A stretch of 64,000 bases of DNA from Nemertoderma westbladi. Taxonomy: Eukaryota; Animalia; Xenacoelomorpha. Below are positions 25,204-38,194 of this stretch, piece by piece (the first letter of the stretch is position 1; each line of letters opens with the position of its first letter). The DNA lies in the NCBI GenBank assembly GCA_032718475.1, contig JAUCBJ010007955.1:62001-126000 (forward strand). Reading direction: 5' to 3'. The notes below the pieces were generated by a model that made no database searches, had not been told where the DNA came from, and saw nothing but the letters and a program-made list of their open reading frames with translations. A program made the translations under genes and the position numbers.

Positions 25204-26855
25204 CTACTACTACTAGGTCGAGCGAACTCGGACATTGGAAATGAGATCCTTCCAGGCTTCCCGATTCTCCATAGTTGTCCCAATTTCGTTTCTCCCAAGT
25301 TCAGTATCCCTTTCAAGTTGATCTATATATGTTATGGCAGGTCGTCCACGACTACGCTTTCCATGAGTTGGTTGCCAGAGAAGTAGATCTGGTATGACCT
25401 CGTCTTTACTTCGCCAGCAGTGCCCACTGAATCTTAATCTGCGTTCACGGAGGGTGTTTGATACAGGTGGTATTGTACCATAAAGCTCGGCGTTTGTCAT
25501 GTGTTGTCTCCAGCTGATGTTTAGGGCTGCCCTTAGTAGTCTTGTGTAGCAACCATCAATTCGTAGTTCAAGTGATTTAGTCATTGTCCAGGCCTCACCT
25601 CCGTATAAAAATACACTTTCCACTGTGGCTCGAAATAACTTAGTCTTCAGGTGCCTGGAGAGATCTGATTTCCAGATGGTATCCATTTTTGATAGAGCTA
25701 CCCAAGCCTTTGCTTTCCTAACTTCTATGTCCTTTTTGCTACTCTCTATCCATGATCCAAGGTACTGGAAGTCATCGACCTTCCTTAGTTAATTATTATC
25801 AATGGTTGTCAAGTTTCCATAAACATTAAAGGTCATGAATTCGGTCTTGGTAGCATTTATATGCATTCCAACCTCCTTAGCAGCCCTCTCCACTTTATTT
25901 AGTAGAAGCTGTGCATCTGCTAGCGTATTAGAGAGCAGGGCGATGTCATCCGCAAAGTTGGTGTCTGTGACTGTAGTTGCCGGATATCTACTACTTCTGC
26001 GTTCTTGAAGTGTGAATCCCAGATCTTCACCCTTTGTGGCCGTCCTCATTGCGTAATCCAGGACAATTACAAATAGTAATGGTGCTAATGTGTCACCTTG
26101 CAGTACGACAGCCAGGATTGAGAAAAACTCAGTTTCACCCTCTGAAGAGAGTACCTGCGCTTCTGTGTCACAATATAACAATCCAATGCCAGCAACAATT
26201 ACTTCTGGTATTCCATAAGCTCTTAGGATTTCAAGCATTTTACCTCTATGGATGGAGTCGAATGCCTTCTTGAAGTCCACACAAGTCATTACTGCGGGGA
26301 GATTCTTTAACTTAATTCCTTCAATCAGTCTCCGTAGTGCAAGTATCTGAACTATTGTTGATCTACTTGGTCGAAATCCGTTTTGGCTCTTACGCAGTAG
26401 TTTCTCTATGTGAGGCCTTATCCTATATAGAATCATTTTATTGTATATTTTGGCAGCTACCACAAGCAGACAGATCCCACGATAGTTTGTTGGTATGCCG
26501 AGGTCTCCTTTCTTGGGGAGAGGCTTTAGTTGACCTTTAGTCCAAATTGGTGGTGGCTTTTCCCCTTTTAACATCCGGTTGCAAACATTCAATAATGGTC
26601 TGTTTAGCACTCCGGTTTTCCATACCTCCGCTGGGATTTCATCTAATCCACTCGCTTTATTATTGGACATGCTTTTAATGCTTCTTTGGAGTTCGGCAGG
26701 TGTGAAGTCCCTTGTTTCTATAGGTAGTGTCTTGTCATATATTTTCCTTGTAGGGCTGACCTCGATGTTTGGTGGCTGCCCAAGCAAGTTGCTGACGTGA
26801 TTTTTCCACTTCCCAACACGTTCTTCAGGACTATCGGCTTTGAGGCGCCCCCTTA
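25204..26855 (-). mobile_element. Young 5'-truncated RTE family B LINE inserted in the CR1/L2 element
   Basis: Nearly intact RT ORFs 25789-26850 and 25213-25686; TSD ATCTAGTCTTA; (TAG)n tail. Confidence 0.93.
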
Positions 26856-27417
26856 ATCTAGTCTTAAAAAGTTGTATGGCCTGGTATTGAGAATACCCCA
26901 TTGTCTATGTATTTTTTTAGCCATGTCTCAGTAGCTGTTACTATTGTGTTGTCCAGTCCAGTAATGATGTCCTTCAGTTCACCAATATTTTTAACTAAAC
27001 TTCTCGCATTGAACAATGGCAGTAAAATTATCGGGGGCTACTTCCTGGAAGCGATAACTGAGAACAAAGCTGCTCCGCGGATTGTTCGTGGGGATTTTGG
27101 AACAGAAAATGTTCGCGTTCGAGACTTTCAGAAGTTCATCCGTAGAGATCACACTGACAATATGCAACAGACCTGTTACATCGATGGCGCAAGCACAGCT
27201 TAGGATAATTTCATTATTTACTTTTAAAGCAGATGAAATCTGTCCGTATATTAAACCTAAGTTAAAGTACGTCGATATTAACAGAGCGCGTTCAGCCATT
27301 GAAAATAATATTTTGAACCAATAATGCCATCAACAACAAATGCTTTAGATTGAATTGAAAATCCCGCTAAAAAGGTTGTACTTTTATTACCAGTAATATT
27401 TAGCCAATCAAGGTAAA

Positions 27418-28006
27418 GTTAGTAAGTCGTTCGCACGAATTACTAAGTCGTTCGCACGATTTAGTTAAGTCGTTCGCACGTGTTAGTATGTCGCTCACAC
27501 GAGTTAGATAAGTCGTTCGCACGACTTAGTAAGTCGTTCGCACGAGTTAGTTAAGTCGTTCGCACGACATAGTATGTCGTTCGCACGACTTAGTATGTCG
27601 TTTGCACGACTTACTTAGTATGTCGTTCACTCGACTTAGTATGTCGTTCGCACGACTTAGTAAATCGTTCGCACGTGTTAGTATGTCGCTCACACGAGTT
27701 AGTTAAGTCGTTCGCACGAGTTAGTTAAGTCGTTCTCACGAGTTAGTTAAGTCGTTCGCACGACATAGTATGTCGTTCGCACGACTTAGTATGTCGTTTG
27801 CACGACTTACTTAGTATGTCGTTCACTCGACTTAGTATGTCGTTCGCACGACTTCGTAAATCGTTCGCACGTGTTAGTATGTCGCTCACACGAGTTAGTT
27901 GAGTCGTTCGCACGAGTTAGTTAAGTCGTTCGCACGACATAGTATGTCGTTCGCACGACTTAGTTAAGTCGTTCGCTCGAGTTAGTATGTCGTTCGCACG
28001 AGTTAG
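27418..28006. repeat. Subterminal ~20-bp tandem array of the IS3EU element
   Basis: TTAGT(ATG/TAAG)TCGTTCGCACGA repeated >25 times; inverted copies at 19326-19362. Confidence 0.95.
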
Positions 28007-29559
28007 CGAAAAAATATTTATTTTTCACATGTCCCTTTAGGGGCTCCGTACTTAGCTATTTTAATAAAAAAAACTAGCTATATGTTAGAAATATAACAAT
28101 TTTCATATTCATTTAGATGTATTCAGAAATTCATTTAAATCCAATTCTTTTTTAATTTACTAGCTATTTTCAAATTAATAAAAACTAGCTATATTGTCGA
28201 GACCATAATATTTTTTTATTTTATTTATGTTCTGGGATAGTACATAATACTTTTATTTTATTCTACAATTCTTCAACTTTGCCATAGTAACAATGATATA
28301 TGTTTTAAAATGTAGTGCTATACGGAACTCTAGCCCTTCTTATTGTTCAAACAAATATTTGTGTTGGAATATTATATTATTCCAAAATTGTAACATTACT
28401 CAACGCCGTTAGTATTAACAGCGAGTTGTTATTTAGCACTTTACAACTTTAGAGTATATTACAGCATTGTATGGCCTGTACATTTTAGTATTGTATTTGG
28501 TGTTATTGTTTACGTATTAACCATGACGGCGTTCCCACTAGTGGACATTACTTAACGCCGTCATGGTTACCACGTAAACAATAGGTGGAAATTTGCCTGA
28601 CAGCCAGATAGGCCTACTGCATTACCTACCGGTAGTAGGCGGGGTATAGCTATTAATAACCAGTAGGGCCTAGCTATATTATTATAACATGGCTCCTTGG
28701 ATAAACAAAATATTACAGATTAGGATGCATTTATTAAATAGAATATAATAGCCTCGCGCAGGTGCATAACCATGCAAAATTTGAAAGCAAAAAGCAAAAA
28801 TAAAAATTCTGGCTCACCCTGTCAGTGGTCGGGAGGTGAAACTATCTCTGTTTCAAATTTCATGCAATCTCATTACGATTTGTAAAAAAAGTGTATAGTG
28901 GTACCATAATTTTGATACATCCATTCATTATAGGTTCAAGTTAGCCATTTATAGCTAATGTTTTACTTCTAGAACATACATTTTTTTATTAGAACACGTT
29001 CTGAAAGACGTTGGGGAACATTTACACATGAAATGACAAGAAATAGTAAAGAAAAACATAAGTTTGAAAGATTTTTTTATATTAATCTGGTCCGCGGGTA
29101 CCCAAGCCAAGGTGGGCATTATTAGTATATGGCCTGGGTACCCACTTTTTGACCAATTTTTTTACTATGAAAATGGCTTTTATCATGAGGTTTTTTCTTC
29201 CAGAACTAATATTTGACCTTCTGACATTCAGAAGGTAGCTATTTTTTTTATTTCTTTTACTACCTTTAAACCGATAGAAAGAATAATATTGCGGAACTGC
29301 AATACGTAGGCCACTGATACTGTGAAATTTACTATCACTATTATTTATATAAACTAACAAATTAATTTACTAATTATTTCAGAACTTTAGTTCTGTAGTC
29401 TATTGTAAATAACCTACTCTGTAAAGTTCTCATTTCTTTCAATTGGCAATGAGATACTGTAGTTTTTTGTTTTAGTTAGAATACTGAATAACTCGCATAT
29501 GATATTTGTTCCTTCCCCCTGTATTCTTACCGGAATAGTTTATTGTCTTGGATAGAAAA

Positions 29560-29740
29560 ATCCCGCCTCTGTAATCTGTTCCTTTCCCTGTATTGCTAAA
29601 TAAAAGTTTATTGTTTTGGTTAGCAAAGCCCACCTCTGTACCCTGCTCCTTTCTTTATATTGCTAAAGAAAAGTTTGTTGTTTTGGTTAGAAGAGACCAC
29701 CTCTGTAACCTGCTCCTTTCCCTGTATTGCTAAAGAAAAC
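29560..29740 (-). repeat. Short array of the 68-bp satellite
   Basis: Three units of CCTCTGTAACCTGCTCCTTTCC...TTGTTTTGGTTAG. Confidence 0.8.
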
Positions 29741-30746
29741 GGTATTATTATTCTATTGGGTTCTTTGGGGTATTTTTGGGATCTTTTGGGAGTTTAGTAG
29801 GACCCCAATTTAATATCTATTGCAGTTCACATTCAAATTTTCAAATATTCTAAGGTCACCTATAGGTCATCGTACAAGGCAAAGTAGGTCAGGTCAGGCC
29901 TAAGTCAGGTCTGGTATTTTAGGTCATTGATCAAGAAAACTTGCCACCTCCATGCAGCATAAAGGAGGTGCCACCTCTAGCTGCATAGACCCTCTTACTA
30001 GGGCAAATCTGGTCCTGTAACAAGGACCCCCTTCGTTCTGGGATAATGACGCCCTTGGTCCTGGATTAAGGACCCATATACTTGGCTGCAGGGGTATATG
30101 GCCTTGCCAGGCAGATGGTGATCTACCAATGGCTGGTCAGGAGTAGAGTGTTATCATGTCCACTCTGAGTGAACTTCACTGCGACCTGCACCTGGCAGCA
30201 GGTGTACAGGGCATGGCCCAGCAGATGAGCTGCACAGCCAATGGTGGGTCATGTGCGCCAGAGTTGCTGCAAAGAGCATTAAGACCAATCGTGCCAGTGG
30301 AGTAGATGGTGTTCCCCCTGAGGTCTTTAAAATACCTGAGTGTTTAAAGCTCATCTATCCCATCATAGTAGACATGTACCGAACAACAAGAGTCCCACAA
30401 GAAATGAAAACAAATAAGTTGGTGCCAGTTCCCAAGAAGGGCAACCTAACACTCTATGGTTCTTTTCGGGGAATCTCATTGATCTCGATTGCTGCAAAGC
30501 TATACAATAGAATTCTATTAAATCGCATCAGGGATCCCATTGAGAGACTGCTCCGTGGAAATCAGAATGGGTTCCGTAAAGATCGTGGGACCATGGAGCC
30601 CATTTTGGCACTTAGAAGGATAATTGAAGAGTTATCAAAAAAGAAAGACAGGCATCTGGCTGTTATCTTTGTTGACTTCTTCAAGGAGGCCTTTGATTCA
30701 GTCTCTCGTTCACGTATGTTCAGCATACTTTCATTATATGGGATTC

Positions 30747-31008
30747 ACGCAGCAGCAGCTTGGTCTAGTGGTGACATTACTGTGCTTCCGATTAGGGAGC
30801 CCGGGTTCGATCCCTAGATGGGGCAGCACTGTTTGGGCACAGTGCTTTAAATGCTGCAGCCTAGCCCAACCCCGGCTTTCATCCTTCAGTGGTCGATAAA
30901 TGGGAACCAAGGCAACTTGGGAAACAGAGTGGAAGGGTTTACTGTGGAAGATCACCCATGGTGGTGAACAGGCATTCCTTGGCTTAACGAGCCTAAAAGA
31001 TTCTCCCA
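30747..31008 (+). mobile_element. tRNA-derived SINE (central domain resembles the MetaSINE core)
   Basis: A box TGGTCTAGTGG, B box GGTTCGATCCC, GCTTTCATCCTTCAGTGGTCGATAAA; 17-bp TSD TTCATTATATGGGATTC. Confidence 0.88.
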
Positions 31009-32002
31009 TTCATTATATGGGATTCCTGATGAAATTATTGCAGCAATTAGATCAGTATACGATGGTTCGACAACATTTGTGTCTACTGTTGACGGTGACA
31101 CAGAACCATTTGAAGTGCTATGGGGCGTCCTCCAGGGAGACACACTTGCACCATTCTTGTTCATAATTGTGGTTGACTATGTTCTACGCATGTCCTTAGA
31201 TCATCATAATGATGATGGGGTGATGATAACTCAACCTACTGGCTCCAGAAGTCGAGGAAATCCTGCCAAGTACCTAACTGATCTAGACTTTGTTGATGAC
31301 TTAGGAGTACTCTCAGAATCACTAGAGGAAGCCCAACGGCTCCTCAGCTCATTATAACAGGCTGTCTCTAGTGCTGGTCTTATCTATAGTGTTGGTCTTA
31401 GTGTTGGTATTGATCTTATTAACTCCAGAAAGACCAAAATTTAGACAGTTAACTTTGAAAGTCCTCAGCAAGTCTCTGAACGGATGAGCATAAGTTCAAA
31501 GAATGGTATGCTTGAGCATGTGGACGACTTCTGTTACCTGAGATCATGGATCCGGAAGTCAGGTGAGGACCTTCGAATACATGAGGGAAAGGCATGGGCA
31601 GCCTTGAATAGGCTTTCCAGGATTTGGAAGTCACCGAGAATTAATCGGAAACTTAAGGTCCGATTATTTAGAGCAGCAGTAGCTCCAGTACTCCTCTATG
31701 GGAGTCCATGCTGGGCTCTAACTGCTGAGGACACCAAATCTCTGGATGGCACATTCACAAGAATGCTACGCCGGGTTCCTTTTTTCTCAAGTACAATGCA
31801 CACATCTCCAACCCGACACTATATAACATTGGAGTTGTCTCATTGGTTCCCCCAAGCTTGACACTAGAACAAAATCGACTCCGCTTTGCAGGACATTGCT
31901 TTCGCCGTGAGGACCAGCCAGTGCATAATTTTGTACTTTGGCAGCCTCATGGAGTGAATAAGCATGGTGGACAGCCCATGACTTTCTTGAGACGCATCTT
32001 AA

Positions 32003-33565
32003 CCCTATTAAACCCGGGGGGGGGGGGTCAATATGACCCCCCCCCCCCGTGGTTTTTTTATTATAATTCTGAAACAAACGCAGTTGGGAATCTGAAATTT
32101 TTTGACTTTTCCTAAAAATCTATTGTCTTCCTAGTAGTGAAAACCGTTTTCAAAAATATTGGGTACTTTTCGAGTTATAGCACCATTTTTTAACCCTACT
32201 TTTGGCACTTTTTTTGAGACGTTTTTTGAAAATTACATTTCATTAAATATGAATTGTAACATCTCTATTTTTGATTTACACCGGTTTTTTGGTGTTAGAA
32301 ATTTGATGGAATTCATATAAATTGATTTAGAAATTTCAAACTTGTTTTTTTCGGTGGGTGCCAAATTTTGGTGCCAGCACCAAATTTTGAATTATGTCAA
32401 TTTGGTAAATTGATTGTTTGGAACTTGTTTTTTACGCAATTGGGGTTTTTTGGGGTTCTGGATTCGATGAAATATATACGAGTTGCACCAAGCGTATCAA
32501 ACTTGTATTTTTCGGTGCTGTGTGCAAATTTTGGTGCTAGCACGAAAGTTTGAAAATTCATTCGATAGATAAAATTGCTTGTGACAATTTATTTCTTGCG
32601 TTTTAGAGGTTTATGGCTGTTCTGAATTCAATGGAATAAATAACTATCGAACTAGACATCTCAAACTTGTATTTTTCGGATGTGGGTGCAAAATGTGGTG
32701 CTAGCACCAAATTTTGAAACCCATCAAATATATCAATTGATTGTGTCACCTTGTTTCTTGCGTTATACGGGTTTGTGATGGTTCTGAATTCAATGAAATC
32801 AGTAAAAATTTAATAAGAGTTCTCAAACTGGTATTTTTCGCCAGTGGGTGAAAATTGTTGTGCCAGCACCAAATTTTGGAAAATGAGTAAATTGATCAGT
32901 AGATAGTATCATCTTGTTTCTTGCGTTATACGGGTTTATGAGGGTCCTGAATCCGATGGAATCAATAAAAACAGCACTGGACATCGCAAACTTGTACTTT
33001 TTGGTGATGGGTACGAAAATTGGTGCTAGCACCAAAATTTGCCAAATTACGCCGAAAAATACAAGTATCAATGATCTGGCATATTAGAAATGTATTCCAT
33101 TAGAATCAGTGCCCTCGAAAACCTGAAAATGTGAATTTATAGCATCGTATAAGTGAATTAAAAATTTTGTGTTCTACCTGAAAAGTGCTGGTTACTTGTT
33201 TTTTTCATTTTTTTCCTTCGCAGAGAGGACTAAACGACCATTTATAGTAATCATATCATTTTTAAATATTTTCCAATGTATTTTGCACCCCAGAAAACCT
33301 GTATTGAAAAATAATTAGCCGAAAATGTAACTTTCAAATTTTGTGAAAGTTGTGCACTACTTGTAATTTTGGTGCTGCAATATAACCACCCCAGTACATT
33401 TTTTCGAAAATTTATTTTTTCGGTCGGATCCAGACAAGTGATACCTACGTACAAACAAAAAATCAGACGTTTTCGTAAATATTTGTAGATTTTAGAGGGG
33501 GGGGGGGGTCAATATGACCCCCTCCCGGTATTTGTACAGCATTTTATAGCCCGGTACTAATAAGG
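32003..33565 (+). mobile_element. TTAA piggyBac-type MITE copy
   Basis: Splits RTE CATC-TTAA-AGGACAC; the empty site is visible in the paralog at ~52755, showing TTAA duplication. Confidence 0.95.
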
Positions 33566-34019
33566 TTAAAGGACACTGGCCTTGAAGATGCAGATGATCT
33601 AGCAAATGTCATGGATGATAAGGAGTTGTGGTGGCGCAATTTCGTCGACAAGCCGGCACAGCATTCTTAAAATGCACCTGCAATGCAGCATGCCGATCCT
33701 AGTAGCATCGTACAAGGCAAAGTAATACCAAAAAATTGGTCAGGGGTGTTGACATGGTGAACTAGCTAGTAGTTAGTATCTGTATCTATACAAAATATTT
33801 GACTCATACTAATTCCCAACTCGCTTTTACGATGTTGCTTGTTTTCCAATATGATTCAAGGTAAAAATAAAAGTGTAAATCATAAACATAATATGTACAT
33901 TTTTAAACCTATTTTAAACCCCTGTGTCCACAGGTGTGCACATCACAAGGTTGAATATATGTTGATCCTTCCGTTGGAAACTGAGTCCAGCAAGCTTTAG
34001 GCGGTATTTCTGCAAGGTG

Positions 34020-34500
34020 GTCCTGGATCTTTAGCAATTAGATGTTGCCATCCATATGCATAGCCATGTATAACAGTTCATTAATTATGTGTGCATCTTG
34101 TAGACAGACTCTTGCGTGGGAACAAATGGGCTTCTAAAAAAGGTAGTGGTTCTGGTAGCTTTGAGCACATTCCTGTACTTGGAAGGATTATTGAAGAAGT
34201 CTCTATAAAGAACAGGACTTTATGACGGTTCTACAACCTTTGTATCCTCTACTTGTGGAGACACAGACCCATTTGAGTTTCTCTGGGGTGTCCATCAAGG
34301 CGGCATATTAGCCCCCGTCTTCAAACAATATTGAGGTGACTATGTGATGTGGACTTCTCTCAATATTGACAATGCTGATGCTGGGGTGGTATCATCTGGC
34401 CGAGGTCATGTGTCCCCAGCGGCTAACTGATCTTAAGTTTGCTGATGATTTTGGTTTACTCTAAGACACATTGGAAGGAGCGCAGACGTTGTTAAAACTA
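34020..34500 (+). mobile_element. Highly decayed RTE RT fragment
   Basis: Remnants of EQMGF, ILVLGRIIEE, TDPFEFLWGVHQG, FADD. Confidence 0.6.
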
Positions 34501-34510
34501 GCTTAGATAA

Positions 34511-34720
34511 AGGCCATGATACACCACAGGAGCGGCGAGCGGCAGCGGCGAGCGGCCACTTTTTAAAATAGAACACATTATTTTCTATGGGTGATGATAC
34601 ACCACAAACGGCTGCTGCCGCTCGCCGCTCCTATAGTGTATCATACTAAAAGTCGCCGCTCACATCGGCCGCTCGCCGCGGCCACCCGCCGCTCGCCGCT
34701 CCTGTGGTGTATCATGGCCT
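34511..34720. mobile_element. PIF/Harbinger-type palindromic MITE
   Basis: TIR AGGCCATGATACACCACAGGAGCGGCGAGCGG; TAA/TTA flanks. Confidence 0.8.
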
Positions 34721-35884
34721 TTAGGCTGCATCCAGTGTTGGTATCTTTCTAGACCAGAATAGAATTCTGACAGTAAACATGGACACAGACTAACAGAAAA
34801 TTTATTGTGATATCAAATCGCTGGATAAAGTAAATTTTCTTCAGCTGCTAGCTTGAATGACCACTCTTCGGCCGCTAGGATGAACTGATAAGTCATGTGA
34901 ATGGTATTTTCCATGTGAATGGGTCTAATTACTGAACTGATTTCACTGAACTTACTACATCAGGTTTCTGTTGTTAAATATGCCAGGATGCTGTGCAGGG
35001 TGTGGGGCGAGCGACGAAAGTAAGCGAGCTTATCATACATGTACCACTAACTCAATCAGTGTGTCTGTTGTTCTGTTGTGTCCAATTTTAAACCTTAATA
35101 ACTCAGCCAAATGTTAGTGAAATTTAACCAAACTTGGTACACATGTAGTCTATGGCCAAAGTTTAGAAATGTTCCAAGTTGAATTTTCGCATGGCCTTCG
35201 AGAAGCAAAGATAATAGCAATTAATTAAGTTGATTAGGGTAAAAACATCAATTTCAACCTGCCTCCTTAAAGGATATTAATTATTTTCTAGTATATGATT
35301 TAAATAATTATACTTCAAAGTTATACTGCTGTAATCCCCATACATCATTCCATTATAGTTTTTAAATAGTTCAAGAGATTTGCTTTAAGAAATGTGTTTT
35401 TAATGGATCTAAACGTAATTAAGTTAAAATGCATTCCATCACTCTATACTTCCAGTCTCATCAATACTTGGCATTCTTGATATTGCCTAGATGGGAAACA
35501 TTCCAATCATCCTGCCACTGAGCTTGCTCTGTCTAGCACACTGATTGGCTGAATTTAATGGCGATTCTTTAGATATTAGCTAAATGATTTCGTTGAGGCA
35601 TTGACATGATAAATTAATATTGCAGTATCAATACTATCGGCATAAGGTAAAGGGGAACTTTCCTTTCTTCTTTGATTTATTCTTATAGGCGGTTTGGTTA
35701 CATTTCTTATTTATTAATTTAAATTTCTTGAGCACCGATTTTAGGATAGAATTTCTCAATTTTAATCTGTATCTAATAACTGACCCTCGTCCTGCGCGAT
35801 GGCCCCACGAACGTGTAAAATATTGCCTATGAGAATATATAACTTAGAATTTATTATTGGTGTTGGGTGAATGAGTGGTTTCAT

Positions 35885-35970
35885 ATTATTATACGTTTTG
35901 TTGGGCACAGCTTTGCAAATTCTGCAATGACGCTGGAAGTCTGACGCTCTAACCATTCAGCTAGCGGCTC
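35885..35970 (-). mobile_element. Internally deleted tRNA-headed SINE-like remnant; related 3' piece inverted at 36060-36115
   Basis: Minus strand TAGCTGAATGGTTAGAGCGTCAGACT; shared TTTGCAAAGCTGTGCC segment. Confidence 0.5.
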
Positions 35971-36288
35971 AAGTAAAAGATAGACCTGGAAATACTATCT
36001 GATACCTTGTATGTCCGCAATTTACCTGCCTCCCGGTGGTCACCAGTTCGATCCCACCTAGACGTCTTGTCATTGCCGACTTTGCAAAGCTGTGCCAAAC
36101 ACAAAAATAATAATGTTTTTTACTTCATGGTAATGGGAGGGGCTATGACCCACTCAGCCCCCCCCCCCCCCCCCTCCTCTGGATCCGCGCATGTGTTACA
36201 TTACTAAAGAAATCACTTAAATACATATTATATTTAGGTACAGTATCTGGATTGGTTTTAAGATTGTAAAGTATGAAATTCATCTAAC

Positions 36289-36968
36289 CTCAAACTTATG
36301 TTATTCGTTATTGTCGTCCCCGTTAAAGAATTTAACCAATGACAAGATATGCTAGCTGATATGTTATCGCTTGTACTCAAATTACTCAAATATACACTAT
36401 CCTTTGTCGATAAAATAACAGATTCATTAAACCAAACATATTCGCAATAAACATCGGTAGTTAGATTGCTTGTCCAATATAGGTGCTTCATATATCGATC
36501 TTGAACTGTGATGGCGTCATATTTTGTGACTATTCGGCGAGTATTATTATTGCTAATGTTGCGTTGGAATAATGTAAATATTTGAGTTTCAATAACTTTA
36601 TTCTGACAATATTGTATTTTCCTTACAGATTCATTTGCATCTAAATTTGAGCCGTGAGTCACGCTTCCCAGATTGACAGTGATATTTGACTCAGTCCCGT
36701 TCCTTTTAGTAACTTCACAATGAGTGCTTAGATTAAAACACGATATATGAACACTCGGCATCCACCCAACTACATGCAAAAACAAATATTTGTTACTTCC
36801 GCTTGTTGTATTTGGAATTAAACATGCAGAAGTACCTGGGAGATCAGTTAGGTGTCCCTTTTGTTGGGAAATAAGTGTATTACATAAATTTTGAAGAAAA
36901 TATTGAAGATCAAAACAAAAAGTTCTCGAAAATATTGTAATAATAATAATGAGAATAAACAACATCAT
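36289..36968 (-). CDS. Coding exon 1: signal peptide plus glycosylated ectodomain with divergent Ig-like domain
   Basis: MMLFILIIIITIFSRTFC leader; many N-x-S/T; CEYVWF...VYLSNL...ISCHWLNSLTG; donor AG|GTTAGA phase 2 joins exon 2 as NNISLSVIHD. Confidence 0.7.
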
Positions 36969-37382
36969 ATAAAATGAGATCTAGTGGTATTTTTGACAAT
37001 GTTAGCTATTCAATAAATGTTTTAAAATTGAAACACTTCTGTTTCTATAACAAATTATTCGCATAGGTGTGCTATCTAGGCTACACATCCTACGTATTCG
37101 TACGTATGTTACCTCCCCAACACCACCATTAATATTCACACTACAACTAAATGGTTACTTTTTTATTTTCCCGTTGAACACGATAAAGGAGATCTTAAGT
37201 CTATCGGTGGCTGAGAGTCCTTGTATAATGGTAGCTTGTGGTTTTGATATTGTATTTTTTATGGTTTTTGTAATAAATAGCTAACATGTTCTAGAATATT
37301 TAAAAATTCATGAAGTACTTGCTGGAAGCAATAACTATATACGGCCCTCATTTTATTTCACCAATCCTCACTGATGCATTAA

Positions 37383-37680
37383 CCCTATTAGTACCGGGCT
37401 ATAAAATGTTGTACAAATAAAGGGTGGGGGGGGGGGGGGGTCATATTGACCCTCCCACCCCATTCTAAATTCTACAAATTTTAACGAAAACGTCTAATTT
37501 TTTGTTTGAACGTAGATTTCACTTGTCCGAATCCGACCGAAAGAAAAAAACTCTAAAAAATGTACTGCGGTGGCTATTATGTAGCACCAAAATTACAAGT
37601 AGTGAACAATTTTCATAAAATTTGAAAGTTACAATTTTCGGCTAATTGTTTTTCAATACAGTTTTTCTGGGGCGCAAAAT
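37383..37680 (-). mobile_element. Partial piggyBac-type MITE (one end)
   Basis: TTAA|CCCTATTAGTACCGGGCTATAAAATG. Confidence 0.85.
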
Positions 37681-38194
37681 CCTGACAAATCTAAACGCAG
37701 CAATATCTCAAGGTTGTTGAGAACATATAAACTTACGCCTTGCTGCTTTGTTTGGTTTTGGTATACGACTCTGAATTGCCTCAAATGCCTTGAACAGCCC
37801 ATGAACAGAACCCTGGTTTCTTTGTCTTGGTAGCCCCTTTTATATCAAAACGACCAATCAGGTCAATTTTCACTTTTCTACCCTGTAGAATTCCATTACA
37901 CAGAAAACTGAATCCATGGGTTACGGGCAGCTGGCACGGATTACCTGCTCCTGATTGGAGTTTTGACCAAAATTCGGAGAAATCTATGACTAACCTTTTT
38001 GTTGATATTTTAGTGCAGTACATACCTAAGTTCCTGCAGTCTGCTGGTGCTAGCCCAAAACAACAGAGGCATGGGTTGTAGTGCACTATACAAGTTGACT
38101 AGCTGTTCATTGTTTATTTGGTATTATTATTGCTCGATGTTTATATTTGGAGAACACGTATACATAATATATAATTTCAAGTTCAATTTCAAAA

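Larger units (their letters stand above)
21728..27011 (-). mobile_element. CR1/L2-group LINE, degenerate ORF2 (APE + RT), long 3' UTR, (ATT)n tail
   Basis: FNARSL..TETWL, SDH, RPISI, KQFGFR, GNPQGTIIAPLLF, QYADDT; TSD AACAAT. Confidence 0.9.
19284..28050 (+). mobile_element. IS3EU-type DNA transposon with nested insertions
   Basis: TIRs TAC(A/G)GAGCCCCTAAAGGGACATGTGAAAAA; 6-bp TSD CTTAGC; transposase pieces GPNFIWHLDGYDKLKPYG (~21210-21265), GCIDEYSRK (~21668), IVRGDFGTEN (~27080). Confidence 0.88.
29887..33705 (+). mobile_element. RTE family A LINE, internally deleted (5' end joined to RT), with nested SINE and MITE
   Basis: 19-bp TSD CATCGTACAAGGCAAAGTA (29868-29886, 33706-33724); RT motifs; TAGTAG tail. 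Confidence 0.92.

Noticed and set aside
25789-26901. 370-aa ORF as a complete gene
   Set aside because: The N-terminus is chance read-through from the CR1/L2 endonuclease region into a truncated RTE
27418-28006. CRISPR-like repeat array
   Set aside because: Units are contiguous with no unique spacers and form the subterminal array of the IS3EU transposon in eukaryotic DNA
36258-36288. Single-exon secreted 236-aa protein ending at the TAA
   Set aside because: A phase-compatible donor at 36288 and downstream exons explain it better, though an unspliced soluble isoform cannot be excluded
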